Source: a virus (taxonomy: Duplodnaviria; Caudoviricetes). From it: DNA of 33,535 bases. The stretch lies in IMG/VR virus record IMGVR_UViG_3300013101_000045, positions 1 to 33,535 of that record, one strand, 5' to 3'. A program made the translations under genes and the position numbers. The notes beneath the pieces were generated by a model, which saw only the letters and a program-made list of their open reading frames with translations, was not told the origin of the DNA and made no database searches. Positions 15,632 through 25,282 of this stretch are shown here, piece by piece; positions within the stretch are counted from its first letter, which is position 1; the number at the start of each line of letters is the position of its first letter.

Positions 15632-16801
15632 ATGGCATTTGATGATATCTATCGAAAAGTCAGGGTTCGGATGTGGAGATCCGGCTCATTCACGCGGCTC
15701 TCACCGCTGCCACCGTCCGGGCAATCGCTCTTCGTCTACCTGCTGACCTGCCCGGAAACAACACCCATCCCGGGGGTGATTGTGGCCGGTCGGATGGCCT
15801 TATCTGAGGTTTTGGGGTGGGAAATAAGCGATTTCGACTCCGCTATTAAGGAAATTTTAAGCGAGGGCATGGCCAAAATAAGCTGGGAGGCTCGTCTTAT
15901 TTGGCTCCCGAACGCCGTTAAATTAAATCGCCCGGTGAGCTTAAATGTAGTGAAAAGCTGGGGCGAGTCGTTCGCGATGTTGCCAGATTGTGACCTGAAA
16001 GACGAATTATTTCAAGCACTTAAAGCCTACGTGGAAGGCTTGAGCGAAGCCTACGCGGAAGCCTTCCGGGATGCCTTCGCGCTAGACAAGGCTTATCCAG
16101 GAACAGGAACAGGAGAGGAAGCAGGAACAGGAGGAGGGAAGGGGAATAAGCCCCCCGCCGTCGTCAAGAACGTCTTCGAATCCTACAGCGCGATGGCGAG
16201 AGACACAGGTCTCCCCGACGCGCAAAGACGGACAAAAAACCGGATCGCCAAAGTGGAGGGCATGATCCAAAAATACGGGGAGGAGTCCGTCCTCGCCGTC
16301 GTCGAAAGCCCGAGAAAATCCGCTTTCCTCAGAGGCGAAGCCGGGAAGAGTTCATGGACCGGCGCGAACCTCGACTGGCTGATGACCGAGGAATGGTTCG
16401 TGAAGGTTCTCGAAGGTCAGTACCGCGACCGGGGAAAACCAAAGAAAAACAACCCCGCCTCCCAGCACTCAGGCACGTCACCCACGTCGGCGCCCCCCAC
16501 CTACACACCAATTGCCAAGCTTTCGAAATCGGAGGCGACCAAACTCAAGGGGAGATGGTTTGCACTCTCGGAGAAAATTCGGGAGCACGTCGGACCCGAC
16601 GATTTTGAGCCGTTCATCGATCCGCTCGCCGCCGTGGGCAAGACGCCAGCCGGAGTACTCGTCATCGGGTGTTCAAACGAGGTCATTATCGGGTGGGTGA
16701 TCGACCATATTCTCCGTGATCTGCCAGAGCCCGTGGTGGCGGTCGTAGCCGAAGAACGGCCGCTCGAGTCGGCGGGTAACTCTGGGAGGTTCGAAGCATG
16801 A
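15632..16801 (+). CDS. Phage replication initiator with a C-terminal DnaA-domain-I-like region
   Basis: N-terminal wHTH-type replisome organiser (MWRSGSFTRLS..LFVYLLT), GTG linker, WTGANLDWLM..FVKVLEGQY domain, and a C-terminal W..IREHV..FEPFIDPL..LVIGCSN..IIGWV segment. Confidence 0.8.
   Translation: MAFDDIYRKVRVRMWRSGSFTRLSPLPPSGQSLFVYLLTCPETTPIPGVIVAGRMALSEVLGWEISDFDSAIKEILSEGMAKISWEARLIWLPNAVKLNRPVSLNVVKSWGESFAMLPDCDLKDELFQALKAYVEGLSEAYAEAFRDAFALDKAYPGTGTGEEAGTGGGKGNKPPAVVKNVFESYSAMARDTGLPDAQRRTKNRIAKVEGMIQKYGEESVLAVVESPRKSAFLRGEAGKSSWTGANLDWLMTEEWFVKVLEGQYRDRGKPKKNNPASQHSGTSPTSAPPTYTPIAKLSKSEATKLKGRWFALSEKIREHVGPDDFEPFIDPLAAVGKTPAGVLVIGCSNEVIIGWVIDHILRDLPEPVVAVVAEERPLESAGNSGRFEA
16023..16140 (+). 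repeat. Iteron-like repeats (candidate origin) inside the initiator gene
   Basis: Five imperfect 12-bp units (AAGCCTACGTGG, AAGGCTTGAGCG, AAGCCTACGCGG, AAGCCTTCCGGG, ATGCCTTCGCGC) followed by CAGGAA repeats. Confidence 0.55.
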
Positions 16802-16956
16802 CCTCTGACTACGTCTGCCCGAGCTGCCATCGTCTGGCGTCGATCTCCGGAGAGCTGAACACCTGGATTTTGAGCTGGTGTCGCCACTGCGGGTTCGCCG
16901 TCGAAGTAAAAGTCATTGATGGACCAACTGTGATTTGTGAGGAGGAGGAAGGATGA
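16798..16956 (+). CDS. Small Zn-ribbon protein (52 aa, absent from the ORF track)
   Basis: MTSDYVCPSCHR...WCRHCGFAVEVKV; ATGA overlaps at both ends. Confidence 0.75.
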   Translation: MTSDYVCPSCHRLASISGELNTWILSWCRHCGFAVEVKVIDGPTVICEEEEG

Positions 16957-17384
16957 TCATCGGAATCGACCCGGGACAATCAGGAGCAATCGCGTGGATC
17001 GGCAGAGACGGCGCTGGAGTGGAGCCGCTGAAGAACATGACCGAGCGGGACGTGGTCGATCTATTGCGAGGGTTTCGCAAGGCTTCGATCTGTTTCATCG
17101 AGCACGTCCACTCGATGCCTCGGCAAGGGGTTGCTTCGAGCTTCAAGTTCGGAATGTCTTACGGCGGGCTCAGAATGGCCGTGGTTGCCGCTGGGGTGCC
17201 CCTAGAAACCGTTTCGCCGTCCAAGTGGCAGGGAGACCTAGGGTGCCGCACAAAAGGCGATAAGAACGTCACTAAGCGCCGCGCACAGGAATTGTTCCCT
17301 CAGATCAAGATCACTCACGCCGTAGCCGATGCCCTCCTCATCACGGAGTGGGGGCGCCGGCTTGGAATCCGTGAGGTAGCCTGA
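16953..17384 (+). CDS. RuvC-like Holliday junction resolvase
   Basis: IIGIDPGQSGAIA, FIEHV, FKFGMSYG, VSPSKWQ and ADALLI. Confidence 0.92.
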   Translation: MIIGIDPGQSGAIAWIGRDGAGVEPLKNMTERDVVDLLRGFRKASICFIEHVHSMPRQGVASSFKFGMSYGGLRMAVVAAGVPLETVSPSKWQGDLGCRTKGDKNVTKRRAQELFPQIKITHAVADALLITEWGRRLGIREVA

Positions 17385-17461
17385 TGAAAAACCCGACAAT
17401 CAAAGAACAATTTGACGCCATGAAAGAGCAGGCGATTGATGCGGCGATGAAAACCAAATGA
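17384..17461 (+). CDS. Micro-ORF (25 aa) MKNPTIKEQFDAMKEQAIDAAMKTK
   Basis: GAGGT RBS; TGATG and ATGA coupling fill the gap exactly. Confidence 0.5.
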   Translation: MKNPTIKEQFDAMKEQAIDAAMKTK

Positions 17462-17964
17462 ACACCAATCACCTCCTAGAACGCTACTTCACCCTCCGGC
17501 GGGATATCCCGGTGTCAACGCCGCTCGGTCGAGATCCAACGTCTTCACGAGTACCAAGCAGCGATTTTAGCGCCTCGGTCGGCCTGCTGGCTGATGTCGG
17601 GATGTGCCTCGCGCGGTTGTCGGTCCAACACCAGGACACAATCAGTGAGAGGTGGGCGGTTTGGCTTGCTCGGGAGGATGCTGACGAGATGGTCAGCCAG
17701 TGGAGTCATAAGGCGCTGTCGGCCATGAGGGCGAATCGAAAATGGGCCAGGAAAAGAGCAAGAAGGAAAGCAAGAGATTGGAAGTTTGAGGCGCGGAGAA
17801 TGTCTTCTTATGTCTCAAGACACGATCGTGATCCGATATACATTGAAGCAATGAGGCTTTTTTGTGTCGAGGTCAAAGCGAGGGATTTGATTGCGTTGAC
17901 ATGCTGCGGAGAGAGCGGAAGATTCAGCGGCATGAAAAAAAGCCGGTCAGCTACTATGCCTTGA
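17458..17964 (+). CDS. Basic hypothetical protein, positional candidate for late-gene regulator
   Basis: Last early gene before terS; Arg/Lys-rich helix. Confidence 0.6.
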   Translation: MNTNHLLERYFTLRRDIPVSTPLGRDPTSSRVPSSDFSASVGLLADVGMCLARLSVQHQDTISERWAVWLAREDADEMVSQWSHKALSAMRANRKWARKRARRKARDWKFEARRMSSYVSRHDRDPIYIEAMRLFCVEVKARDLIALTCCGESGRFSGMKKSRSATMP

Positions 17965-18001
17965 CTTACTCACTTTCGTGTGCCAACATGATCTTGTGAA
18001 T

Positions 18002-18022
18002 AACCGCCTCCGGGCGGTTTTT
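18002..18022 (+). terminator. Intrinsic terminator-like hairpin before terS
   Basis: AACCGCC-TCCG-GGCGGTT followed by TTT. Confidence 0.65.
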
Positions 18023-18037
18023 CGGTGCTCAAACATC

Positions 18038-18589
18038 ATGGACCAACAGCCGTACAGCCCAACTTTCCTTCAGGAACGGTGGATTGATGCCTTTGCTGAC
18101 TGCTTGAACGCGACCGAGGCCGCAGTGGTCGCCGGATACAAGGGCACCCGCAAAACGTTCAATCAGACCGGGTGGAAAAACCTCAGCAATCCAAAGCTCA
18201 AACCATTTATCGATGAAGCACTCCAAAAACGAGGCGTTTCGGCCGAATGGATACTGCAAAAGCTCCGAGACATTGCCTCTCTCGATATTGCAGACCTCCT
18301 CGACGCCTACAAAGAGCAGGAACCGCACGCCGTTCTGGCGAAGGCGAAGAAGCTCGGGCTGTCGAAACTGATCAAGAAGCTCAAGCCGACGCCCTCTGGT
18401 CTGGTGATTGAATTTCATGACCCTGTCAGGGCACTGGAGATCTTGGCCCGCCATACGATCACGACGAAACAGGAGGTCGAGCACTCCGTGGTGTCTGGGG
18501 TGATGGTGATTCCTGCATCTGCTGGTGAGGCTGAGTGGGACACGATAGCCCGCGAAGTCTCCGAGAAACAAAAAGAACTCAGTGCATGA
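18038..18589 (+). CDS. terS: Terminase small subunit
   Basis: LNATEAAVVAGY..GWKNLSNPKL..ILQKLRDIA..ALEILARH; directly upstream of terL. Confidence 0.9.
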   Translation: MDQQPYSPTFLQERWIDAFADCLNATEAAVVAGYKGTRKTFNQTGWKNLSNPKLKPFIDEALQKRGVSAEWILQKLRDIASLDIADLLDAYKEQEPHAVLAKAKKLGLSKLIKKLKPTPSGLVIEFHDPVRALEILARHTITTKQEVEHSVVSGVMVIPASAGEAEWDTIAREVSEKQKELSA

Positions 18590-19991
18590 CAAAAACATCA
18601 TTTGGGCGCCGCAGCCGGAGAGCCAAGTCCTTTTTCTTTCTTGCCCGCATTTTGAGTGCTTGCTTGAGGGCACAAGAGGCGGCGGGAAGACGGACGCCCT
18701 CATCATGGACTTCGCCCAACATGTCGGCCGCGGGTTCGGTCAGAATTGGCGTGGGATCCTCTTTCGACGGACGTACAAGCAGCTTGACGACGTTGTGGCG
18801 AAGACCTACCGGTGGTTCCCTCGGATCTTCCCAGATGCGAAGTTCAACAAGTCGGACTTCACATGGACTTTCGGATCTGGTGAGCAACTATTGCTTCGGC
18901 ACTTCGACGGCCCGACTGATTACTGGTCCTATCACGGCCATGGATACCCGTGGATTGGGTGGGAAGAACTTACGAATTGGCCGAACCTCGAAGGGTACGA
19001 ATCGATGATGAGCTGTTGTCGAGCGTCACACCCAGGAATGCCGAGGAAGATTCGTGCGACTGCGAATCCGTTTGGCGTTGGTCATAACGCAGTCAAACGC
19101 CGATTCATTGACCCGGCTCCGGTGTGCGTGCCTGTTGCGGATGAGTCTGGCCGGAAGCGGGTCCGGATCCATTCGTCTATTCTCGAGAACAAAATTCTCC
19201 TCGAAAACGACCGCGAGTACCTCGCAACGCTCAACGCAATCTCGGATCCGAATAAGCGGGCAGCGTGGCGCGATGGGTCCTGGGACATTACCAGCGGCGG
19301 GATGTTTGATGACCTTTGGGAGGCCGATCGCCACGTCGTCAGGCCGTTCAAAATCCCGCCATCGTGGTATGTCGATAGGTCATTCGACTGGGGTTCAACA
19401 AAGCCGTTCTCTGTTCTTTGGTGGGCCGAATCCAACGGCGAGTCAGTCAAGACCGATGACGGCCGGACGATTCTCGTGCCGAAGGGGACGCTGTTTTGCA
19501 TCAATGAGTGGTATGGATCGACCGGGGAGCCAAACAAGGGGCTCAAGATGACCTCGGCCAAGATCGCGGCCGGCATCACTGAGATGGAAGCCTCGATGGT
19601 TGCATCAGGGTTGATCCAAGGCCTTCCTCGACCTGGCGCTGCGGACTCTGCGATCTACACCAAGGACGACGACCAGTCGATTGCTGACAAGATGGCAGCG
19701 GCCGGGGTTACGTGGCTCCCCTCAACGAAGGGCCCCGGATCTCGCGTCAACGGGTGGGAGTTGATTCGTGGCCGCCTCGAAGCTGGGAAAACGATACCGA
19801 TTGAAGAGCCGGCAATGTTCATCTTCGAAACCTGCAGAAACATCATCAGAAATCTACCGACGCTTCCAAGGGATGAACGAAAACTCGAAGACGTCGACAC
19901 CGATGCTGAGGATCATGATGGCGATGCGACGAGATACAGGCTGATGACGAAGCGCTATTTCGTCGGCACTGCGGAGGCCCCATGGCAGTAG
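18582..19991 (+). CDS. terL: Terminase large subunit
   Basis: WAPQP, Walker A GTRGGGKT, Walker B IGWEELT, ATANP, nuclease SFDWG and EDHDGDATRY. Confidence 0.96.
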   Translation: MHDKNIIWAPQPESQVLFLSCPHFECLLEGTRGGGKTDALIMDFAQHVGRGFGQNWRGILFRRTYKQLDDVVAKTYRWFPRIFPDAKFNKSDFTWTFGSGEQLLLRHFDGPTDYWSYHGHGYPWIGWEELTNWPNLEGYESMMSCCRASHPGMPRKIRATANPFGVGHNAVKRRFIDPAPVCVPVADESGRKRVRIHSSILENKILLENDREYLATLNAISDPNKRAAWRDGSWDITSGGMFDDLWEADRHVVRPFKIPPSWYVDRSFDWGSTKPFSVLWWAESNGESVKTDDGRTILVPKGTLFCINEWYGSTGEPNKGLKMTSAKIAAGITEMEASMVASGLIQGLPRPGAADSAIYTKDDDQSIADKMAAAGVTWLPSTKGPGSRVNGWELIRGRLEAGKTIPIEEPAMFIFETCRNIIRNLPTLPRDERKLEDVDTDAEDHDGDATRYRLMTKRYFVGTAEAPWQ

Positions 19992-21352
19992 ACGATAAGC
20001 CAAGACCTGACACCCCGTCGATCGCGTACAAGAACATGGTCGATGAGTGGCAGCTCGTCCGCGACCTCCTGGGGAGCACTCCGGCGATGTGGGATGCTGG
20101 TACGCGATGGCTCCCACAGTGGGTCAAGGAGACAGCGACCCAATACTCAACCCGCCTGAAAAAAACGACACTCTTCAACGGCCTCGGTCGAACAATCAAG
20201 GTTCTCACCGGTAAGGTTTTCCGGAAGCCGGTCGAGACCTCCGAGAACATGCCGAAATTGATTCGTGAGTGGTTGGTCGATGTTGACCTCGAGGGGAACA
20301 GCGTCGACACATTCTCCCGCAAGGTGTTTTCCGACGCCTTGGCCATGGGTCTGAGTCATGTGTTCGTTGACCATCCGTACAGTGACGCTGTTTCAGCCGC
20401 TGACGAAATTGGGCTTCGCCCGTACCTTGTCCACGTCCCGGCGGATCACCTAGTGGCGTGGTCTCACACAACATCACAGGGAAGGAAAACTCTCGCGAGC
20501 ATCCGGATACTCGATTCTGTGATTGTTCCTGATGGGGTGTTCGGTGAGAAGTCTGTTGATCGGGTGCGGGAGTATTTCATGGGTGCCGAGGGGGTCATGG
20601 AATACAGGTTCTGGCTGAAGGACGATGATGGGGACTGGATTGTTTCGGGGTCCGGCACGACGTCAAGAACATCAATTCCCCTGGTGACCTTCTACACTCA
20701 AGAGGTCGGCCCAATGCAGGGCGTCCCGCCACTCAGAGACCTTGCGTATACCAACCTGGCACACTGGCAGAGCGTCTCGGAGCAGCGGCACTGCATGACG
20801 ATCGGCCGCAAGCCTTTCCCGTTTTTCAAGGGTTTCGGGCCGGATTTCACCTCCGTAGAGGTCGGCCCATTCTCGGGACCGAAGACCGAAAACGACAAAG
20901 CCGACGTCAAAATCATTGAGTCCAATGGATTGGCGATTGCGTCCGGTCGCCAGGAGCTTCTCGACCTAAAAGAAGAGATGGCGGTCATGGGTGCGGAACT
21001 CTTGGTCAGAAAGCCGGTCAAGAAGACTGCAACCGAGACGATCTCCGAGAACGACGAAACGAACTCCGACCTCGGTGCGATGGTCTCAGGGGTTGAAGAC
21101 TCGATGAACAACGTGTTGATCATCATGGGCGAGTGGAAGGGGATCAAGAACCCCGGAACCCTCAAATACAACCGGGACTTTGGGATTGCCCCGAACGCAA
21201 GCGCCGAAGTTGATTCGCTGATCAAGATGCGCGGGGCTCGGCTCATTTCCAGGGCTCTGTTCTTCACCGGCCTGCAATCACGCGGGTTCATTGGGGAGGG
21301 ATGGGATCTTGATACTGAGGTTGCGGCGATGGCCGCAGAGGCCGACTTCTAG
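19982..21352 (+). CDS. Portal protein (DUF4055-type)
   Basis: Follows terL; WLPQW..Y..RL...LFN, DVDLEG and PPLRDLAYTNLAHWQ. Confidence 0.88.
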   Translation: MAVDDKPRPDTPSIAYKNMVDEWQLVRDLLGSTPAMWDAGTRWLPQWVKETATQYSTRLKKTTLFNGLGRTIKVLTGKVFRKPVETSENMPKLIREWLVDVDLEGNSVDTFSRKVFSDALAMGLSHVFVDHPYSDAVSAADEIGLRPYLVHVPADHLVAWSHTTSQGRKTLASIRILDSVIVPDGVFGEKSVDRVREYFMGAEGVMEYRFWLKDDDGDWIVSGSGTTSRTSIPLVTFYTQEVGPMQGVPPLRDLAYTNLAHWQSVSEQRHCMTIGRKPFPFFKGFGPDFTSVEVGPFSGPKTENDKADVKIIESNGLAIASGRQELLDLKEEMAVMGAELLVRKPVKKTATETISENDETNSDLGAMVSGVEDSMNNVLIIMGEWKGIKNPGTLKYNRDFGIAPNASAEVDSLIKMRGARLISRALFFTGLQSRGFIGEGWDLDTEVAAMAAEADF

Positions 21353-22476
21353 TGGGATTCTCAGACGATCTTGCAGATGCCTATACGGGCCGCGGTGTGA
21401 ACCTCCTCAGGTTCGATGCTGGTGAGAGAGCCAAGATTCTGGCAATTCTCCGCATGCTTGAAGAGGATCTTGTTTCGAAGCTGATGGCGATCGACCCATC
21501 GGCTCCGTTGCGGGCAAAGTACCGGAAAGAGCGCCTTGATCGGTTGCTCAGCGAGGTGCGTGCAACCATTAAGTCAGCGTACAGGGACAATGCGGCTTCT
21601 CTTGCTGCGGGGCTTCGGGGGCTTGCCGGGGCAGAGGCGTCGTGGGCCACCCTGACAATCAACGGGGCTGTCGGGGTTGAGGTCATTGATTCGATTCTTA
21701 CAGAGGAGTTTCTCCGTGCGATTGCGAGCGATGCACTCATCCAGGGAGCGCCTTCAGCGGAGTGGTGGAAACGCCAGGGTGAGCGCCTGACGAACCGATT
21801 CATGGATGAAATCCGGACTGGGATGAGCGCCGGCGAGAGCATCGACGATATGGTCCGACGGATCCGCGGGAAAGCAACCGGGCGCCGCCACAAGTACATC
21901 GACCCTATTACGGGGAAAGAACGCTGGTACGTCGAGTTCGCTGGTGGGATCATGGACACCGGCACCAGGCAGGCGCGCGCGCTGGTGAGGACGAGTGTTC
22001 AGCAAGTGGCCGCCGATGCCCGCCGGGCGATGTACCAGGCCAACGATGATGTCATCAAAGGGGTGCAGCAGATCAGCACGCTTGATGGGCGAACAACCGA
22101 GACCTGCATCGCCTATTCTGGAGCTGCGTGGGATCTTGATGGGAAGCCGATTCGTGGGAACTCACTGCCTTTCAACGGTGGAGTCCCACGGCACTACAAC
22201 TGTAGGAGCACGGAGATCCCTCTCCTCAAGTCTTGGCGAGATCTCGGCATCGACATGGACGAACTCCCGCAGACGACCAGGTCGAGCATGGACGGACAAG
22301 TCGCAGCGGATCTCAGCTTCGGCGATTGGCTCAGCGGGAAACCGGAATCCATGCAAGATCACATGCTGGGCAAAGGCAAAGCTCAGCTCTGGCGAGATGG
22401 TGTGATCTCGCTGACTGACCTTGTTGATCAGACCGGGAATCCGTTGACGCTTGCAGAATTGAAGGAAGCGGCATGA
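21352..22476 (+). CDS. Head morphogenesis protein (Mu gpF / SPP1 gp7 family)
   Basis: ARALVRT, STLDGRTTETC and PRHYNCRS. Confidence 0.92.
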   Translation: MGFSDDLADAYTGRGVNLLRFDAGERAKILAILRMLEEDLVSKLMAIDPSAPLRAKYRKERLDRLLSEVRATIKSAYRDNAASLAAGLRGLAGAEASWATLTINGAVGVEVIDSILTEEFLRAIASDALIQGAPSAEWWKRQGERLTNRFMDEIRTGMSAGESIDDMVRRIRGKATGRRHKYIDPITGKERWYVEFAGGIMDTGTRQARALVRTSVQQVAADARRAMYQANDDVIKGVQQISTLDGRTTETCIAYSGAAWDLDGKPIRGNSLPFNGGVPRHYNCRSTEIPLLKSWRDLGIDMDELPQTTRSSMDGQVAADLSFGDWLSGKPESMQDHMLGKGKAQLWRDGVISLTDLVDQTGNPLTLAELKEAA

Positions 22477-22498
22477 GACCGTGCTCTACAGTAACCAC

Positions 22499-22522
22499 AA
22501 CCCGCCATCTGGCGGGTTTTTT
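22499..22522 (+). terminator. Intrinsic terminator-like hairpin
   Basis: AACCCGCC-ATCT-GGCGGGTT followed by TTTT. Confidence 0.7.
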
Positions 22523-22572
22523 ATTGACCACACGCGGCGCGTGTACGACCTGGCGGGATGCCGGAGGAACCA

Positions 22573-23304
22573 ATGGGATTGAAAACGAAACTCGACACAC
22601 TGGATGGGCTCGACGATGCGCTCAAGGGACTGTATATCGAGAAGGACGGGACGTTCTACCTCGACGCTGACCTTGAAGACGTTTCTGGGCTGAAATCGGC
22701 GCTCGAAAAAGAGCGGGCTGAGCGACGGAGGCTCAAGGCTGAGGCTGACAAGTTCGCCGGGGTGGACCCCGACCGATACGCGAAGCTGATCAAAGACGCC
22801 GAAGACGCCGACGCCAAGAAGGCCGCCGATGAGGGTAATTGGGACGCCCTCAGAGACCAGCTCACGACGAAGCATTCCGAAGAGATGGAAGCCAAGGATC
22901 TGAAAGTCTCGCAGCTGGTCACAACCGTTGAGCATCAGCTCATTGACGTTGAAGCCGTTCGGGCGCTTGCCGAGGCGGGCGGAGTCTCAGAACTCTTGCT
23001 CCCACACGTGAAATCCCGCGCTCGCGCCGTTGAGGAGGATGGAGTCTACGTTGTTCGAGTCATCGACGAAAAAGGAAAAACGCGCATCAGCGATGCGGCC
23101 GGGACTCCGATGACGATCAAGAACCTCGTGGCGGAAATGAAAACGAACGAGACCTACATGCCCGCATTTGCGGCATCTGGGGAATCTGGTAGCGGGTCTA
23201 CCAAAGGCGGTCCAGCGGGCCAAGGCGGCGAAATCACACCTGAACAGGTGGAAAAGATGTCAATGGCCGAATACCGCAAAGCGCGGGACGACGGCAAAAT
23301 CTGA
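22573..23304 (+). CDS. Capsid scaffolding protein
   Basis: GGAGG RBS; LYIEKDGTFYLD..GLKSALEKER coiled coil; Gly-rich C-terminus; precedes the capsid gene. Confidence 0.85.
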   Translation: MGLKTKLDTLDGLDDALKGLYIEKDGTFYLDADLEDVSGLKSALEKERAERRRLKAEADKFAGVDPDRYAKLIKDAEDADAKKAADEGNWDALRDQLTTKHSEEMEAKDLKVSQLVTTVEHQLIDVEAVRALAEAGGVSELLLPHVKSRARAVEEDGVYVVRVIDEKGKTRISDAAGTPMTIKNLVAEMKTNETYMPAFAASGESGSGSTKGGPAGQGGEITPEQVEKMSMAEYRKARDDGKI

Positions 23305-23316
23305 AAGGACTGAAAA

Positions 23317-24450
23317 ATGAGCAATACACTACTCACCCCGAGCGTCATCGGCAAAGAGGCGCTGATGATTCTCCAGAACAACCTCGTCTTTGGTGGACTC
23401 GTTCACCGAGACCACGCCAAGGAATTCATCGGCGCGAAGGTCGGCGACACAATCTCGATCCGAAGCCCGGCTTCATTCACCGCGGCTGAGTTCACTTCGA
23501 CCACGTCCGCGCAGGACGCGACCGAGGCCGCGATCTCGCTTGAGCTTGAGAAGCATTTCGACGTTACCTTCGCGGTGACATCGAAAGAACTCGCCCTCAG
23601 TGTCGAGGATTTCTCGGCCCAGCTCGTCGAACCGGCTGTGGTTGCCCTCGCCCAGGCGATTGACGCCTACGTTGCCTCGAAGTACATCGAGATCCCGAAC
23701 TACGCCGGGACCGCGGGTGACCCTCCGGACACGCTCGCCGACATCGCTGGCGTTGGCAAGTTGCTCGACACCAACAAGGTCCCGATGAAGGGCCGCGTTG
23801 CTGTCATCGACCCGACCGCGAAGGCGGACATGTTCCTCGTCGATGCCGTCGCCCGGGCCGACGCCCGTGGGGACGCTGGAACCGCACTTCGCGAGGCCAG
23901 CATGGGCCGCGTGATGGGGATTGACTGGTACATGGACCAGAACATCAAGACCCACACCGCCGGGACCATCACGACCGGGCTCATCTCCAAGGCCTCAACC
24001 GCCGTTGCGACCGGCCTCAAGTCGGTGATCTGCACCACTGCCGCCTCAACCGGGGAGTGTGCTCTCCTTGAGGGCGACATCGTCCTCTTCGCTGGAGACA
24101 CGCAGGGTTACGTTCTGACCGCGGCAGCCACTCAGGCATCGGCGGCAACCGACGTGACGCTCGCCTTCAGCCCTGGGCTCAAGGTTGCGCTCACTGGGTC
24201 CGAGGCAGTCACCGTCATCGGAAACCATGCCGCGAACATGGTGTTCAACAAAAACGCCATCGCCCTCGCCGTCGTTCCCCTCGAAAAGCCCCTCGGCGCG
24301 AAAGCCGCCGAGTACGTGCAAGACCGGGGAATGGCAATCCGCGTAGTGTACGACTACTCGACATCCACCAAAACCGACACCATCAGTCTCGATGTCCTGG
24401 TCGGCTCGAAAGTGATCCATCCCGAGCTGGCGGCTCGGATTCTTGGGTAA
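23317..24450 (+). CDS. Major capsid protein (P22 coat-like)
   Basis: MSNTLLTPSVIGKEALMILQNNLV..KVGDTISIR..LDVLVGSKVIHPELA. Confidence 0.92.
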   Translation: MSNTLLTPSVIGKEALMILQNNLVFGGLVHRDHAKEFIGAKVGDTISIRSPASFTAAEFTSTTSAQDATEAAISLELEKHFDVTFAVTSKELALSVEDFSAQLVEPAVVALAQAIDAYVASKYIEIPNYAGTAGDPPDTLADIAGVGKLLDTNKVPMKGRVAVIDPTAKADMFLVDAVARADARGDAGTALREASMGRVMGIDWYMDQNIKTHTAGTITTGLISKASTAVATGLKSVICTTAASTGECALLEGDIVLFAGDTQGYVLTAAATQASAATDVTLAFSPGLKVALTGSEAVTVIGNHAANMVFNKNAIALAVVPLEKPLGAKAAEYVQDRGMAIRVVYDYSTSTKTDTISLDVLVGSKVIHPELAARILG

Positions 24451-24465
24451 GTAAAAAGGCTCAAG

Positions 24466-24497
24466 AAAACGGGGGTGGCACAACCGCCCCCGTTTTT
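24466..24497 (+). terminator. Intrinsic (possibly bidirectional) terminator after the capsid gene
   Basis: AAAACGGGGGTGG-CACAA-CCGCCCCCGTTTTT. Confidence 0.8.
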
Positions 24498-24511
24498 CAA
24501 AGGAACCCACT

Positions 24512-24784
24512 ATGAAAAAGACAGAAACAATCAAGCTGTACAAGGACAACGAGTTTGTTGTCGTTGAGCCTGGGAGCGAAGCTGAGAAGCTTTGGCTGAA
24601 AAATGGCTTTGGTCTCGAAGCGGCTCCGGTGGAGCCACTCCCGGATGACTTCGACGAACAGGTCGACGCCACAGAGACCATTGAAGAACTAAGGGCGCTT
24701 GCCGAAGGCTTCGGGTTTTCGGTTCATCAAAGGGCCACAGACCTCGACAAGGCAAAGGCAAAGCTCACCGGACAGACGGAATAG
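24512..24784 (+). CDS. Small virion-associated hypothetical protein
   Basis: AAGGA RBS; C-terminal helix-extension-helix-like segment (EELRALAEGFG). Confidence 0.7.
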   Translation: MKKTETIKLYKDNEFVVVEPGSEAEKLWLKNGFGLEAAPVEPLPDDFDEQVDATETIEELRALAEGFGFSVHQRATDLDKAKAKLTGQTE

Positions 24785-24787
24785 TCA

Positions 24788-25282
24788 ATGGCCTTCACAG
24801 TCGAAACCGGAGCCGGTGTTGCCGGAGCAAACAGCTACCTCTCGGTAGCTGACGCTGACACGTATCACACTGATCGGGCCAACTCCGGATGGACTGGCGC
24901 GGATGCCGTGAAGCAAGCTGCGTTGATCGAGGCTACGGACTATCTCGAAGCCCACTATCAGTGGTCAATCGGATATAAGACCAGCGATGATCAAGGATTG
25001 AGCTGGCCTCGTTCCGGCGCCATCGACCGCCATGGGTGGGCGATCGACTCCGACGAAGTACCTCAAGAAGTCAAGGGTGCTACTGCATATCTGGCACTAC
25101 AGGGGCTTTCTGCGGCGCTCGGTGGTCCTCTCGGCCGCGAACAGAAAAAGGTCAAAGTCGCGTCTGTAGAGGTCGAATATACTGACACCGCGGCTGCGAC
25201 CACGACCTATCCATACGTCGATGGACTGCTGACTGGACTCGTTACCAACAGCAGCAGCTCCGTTGAAGTGTTTCTCACATGA
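24788..25282 (+). CDS. Head-tail adaptor (DnaT-like annotated family)
   Basis: VETGAGVAGANSYLSVADADTYH..ALIEATDYL..QGLSWPR..VPQEVK. Confidence 0.88.
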   Translation: MAFTVETGAGVAGANSYLSVADADTYHTDRANSGWTGADAVKQAALIEATDYLEAHYQWSIGYKTSDDQGLSWPRSGAIDRHGWAIDSDEVPQEVKGATAYLALQGLSAALGGPLGREQKKVKVASVEVEYTDTAAATTTYPYVDGLLTGLVTNSSSSVEVFLT

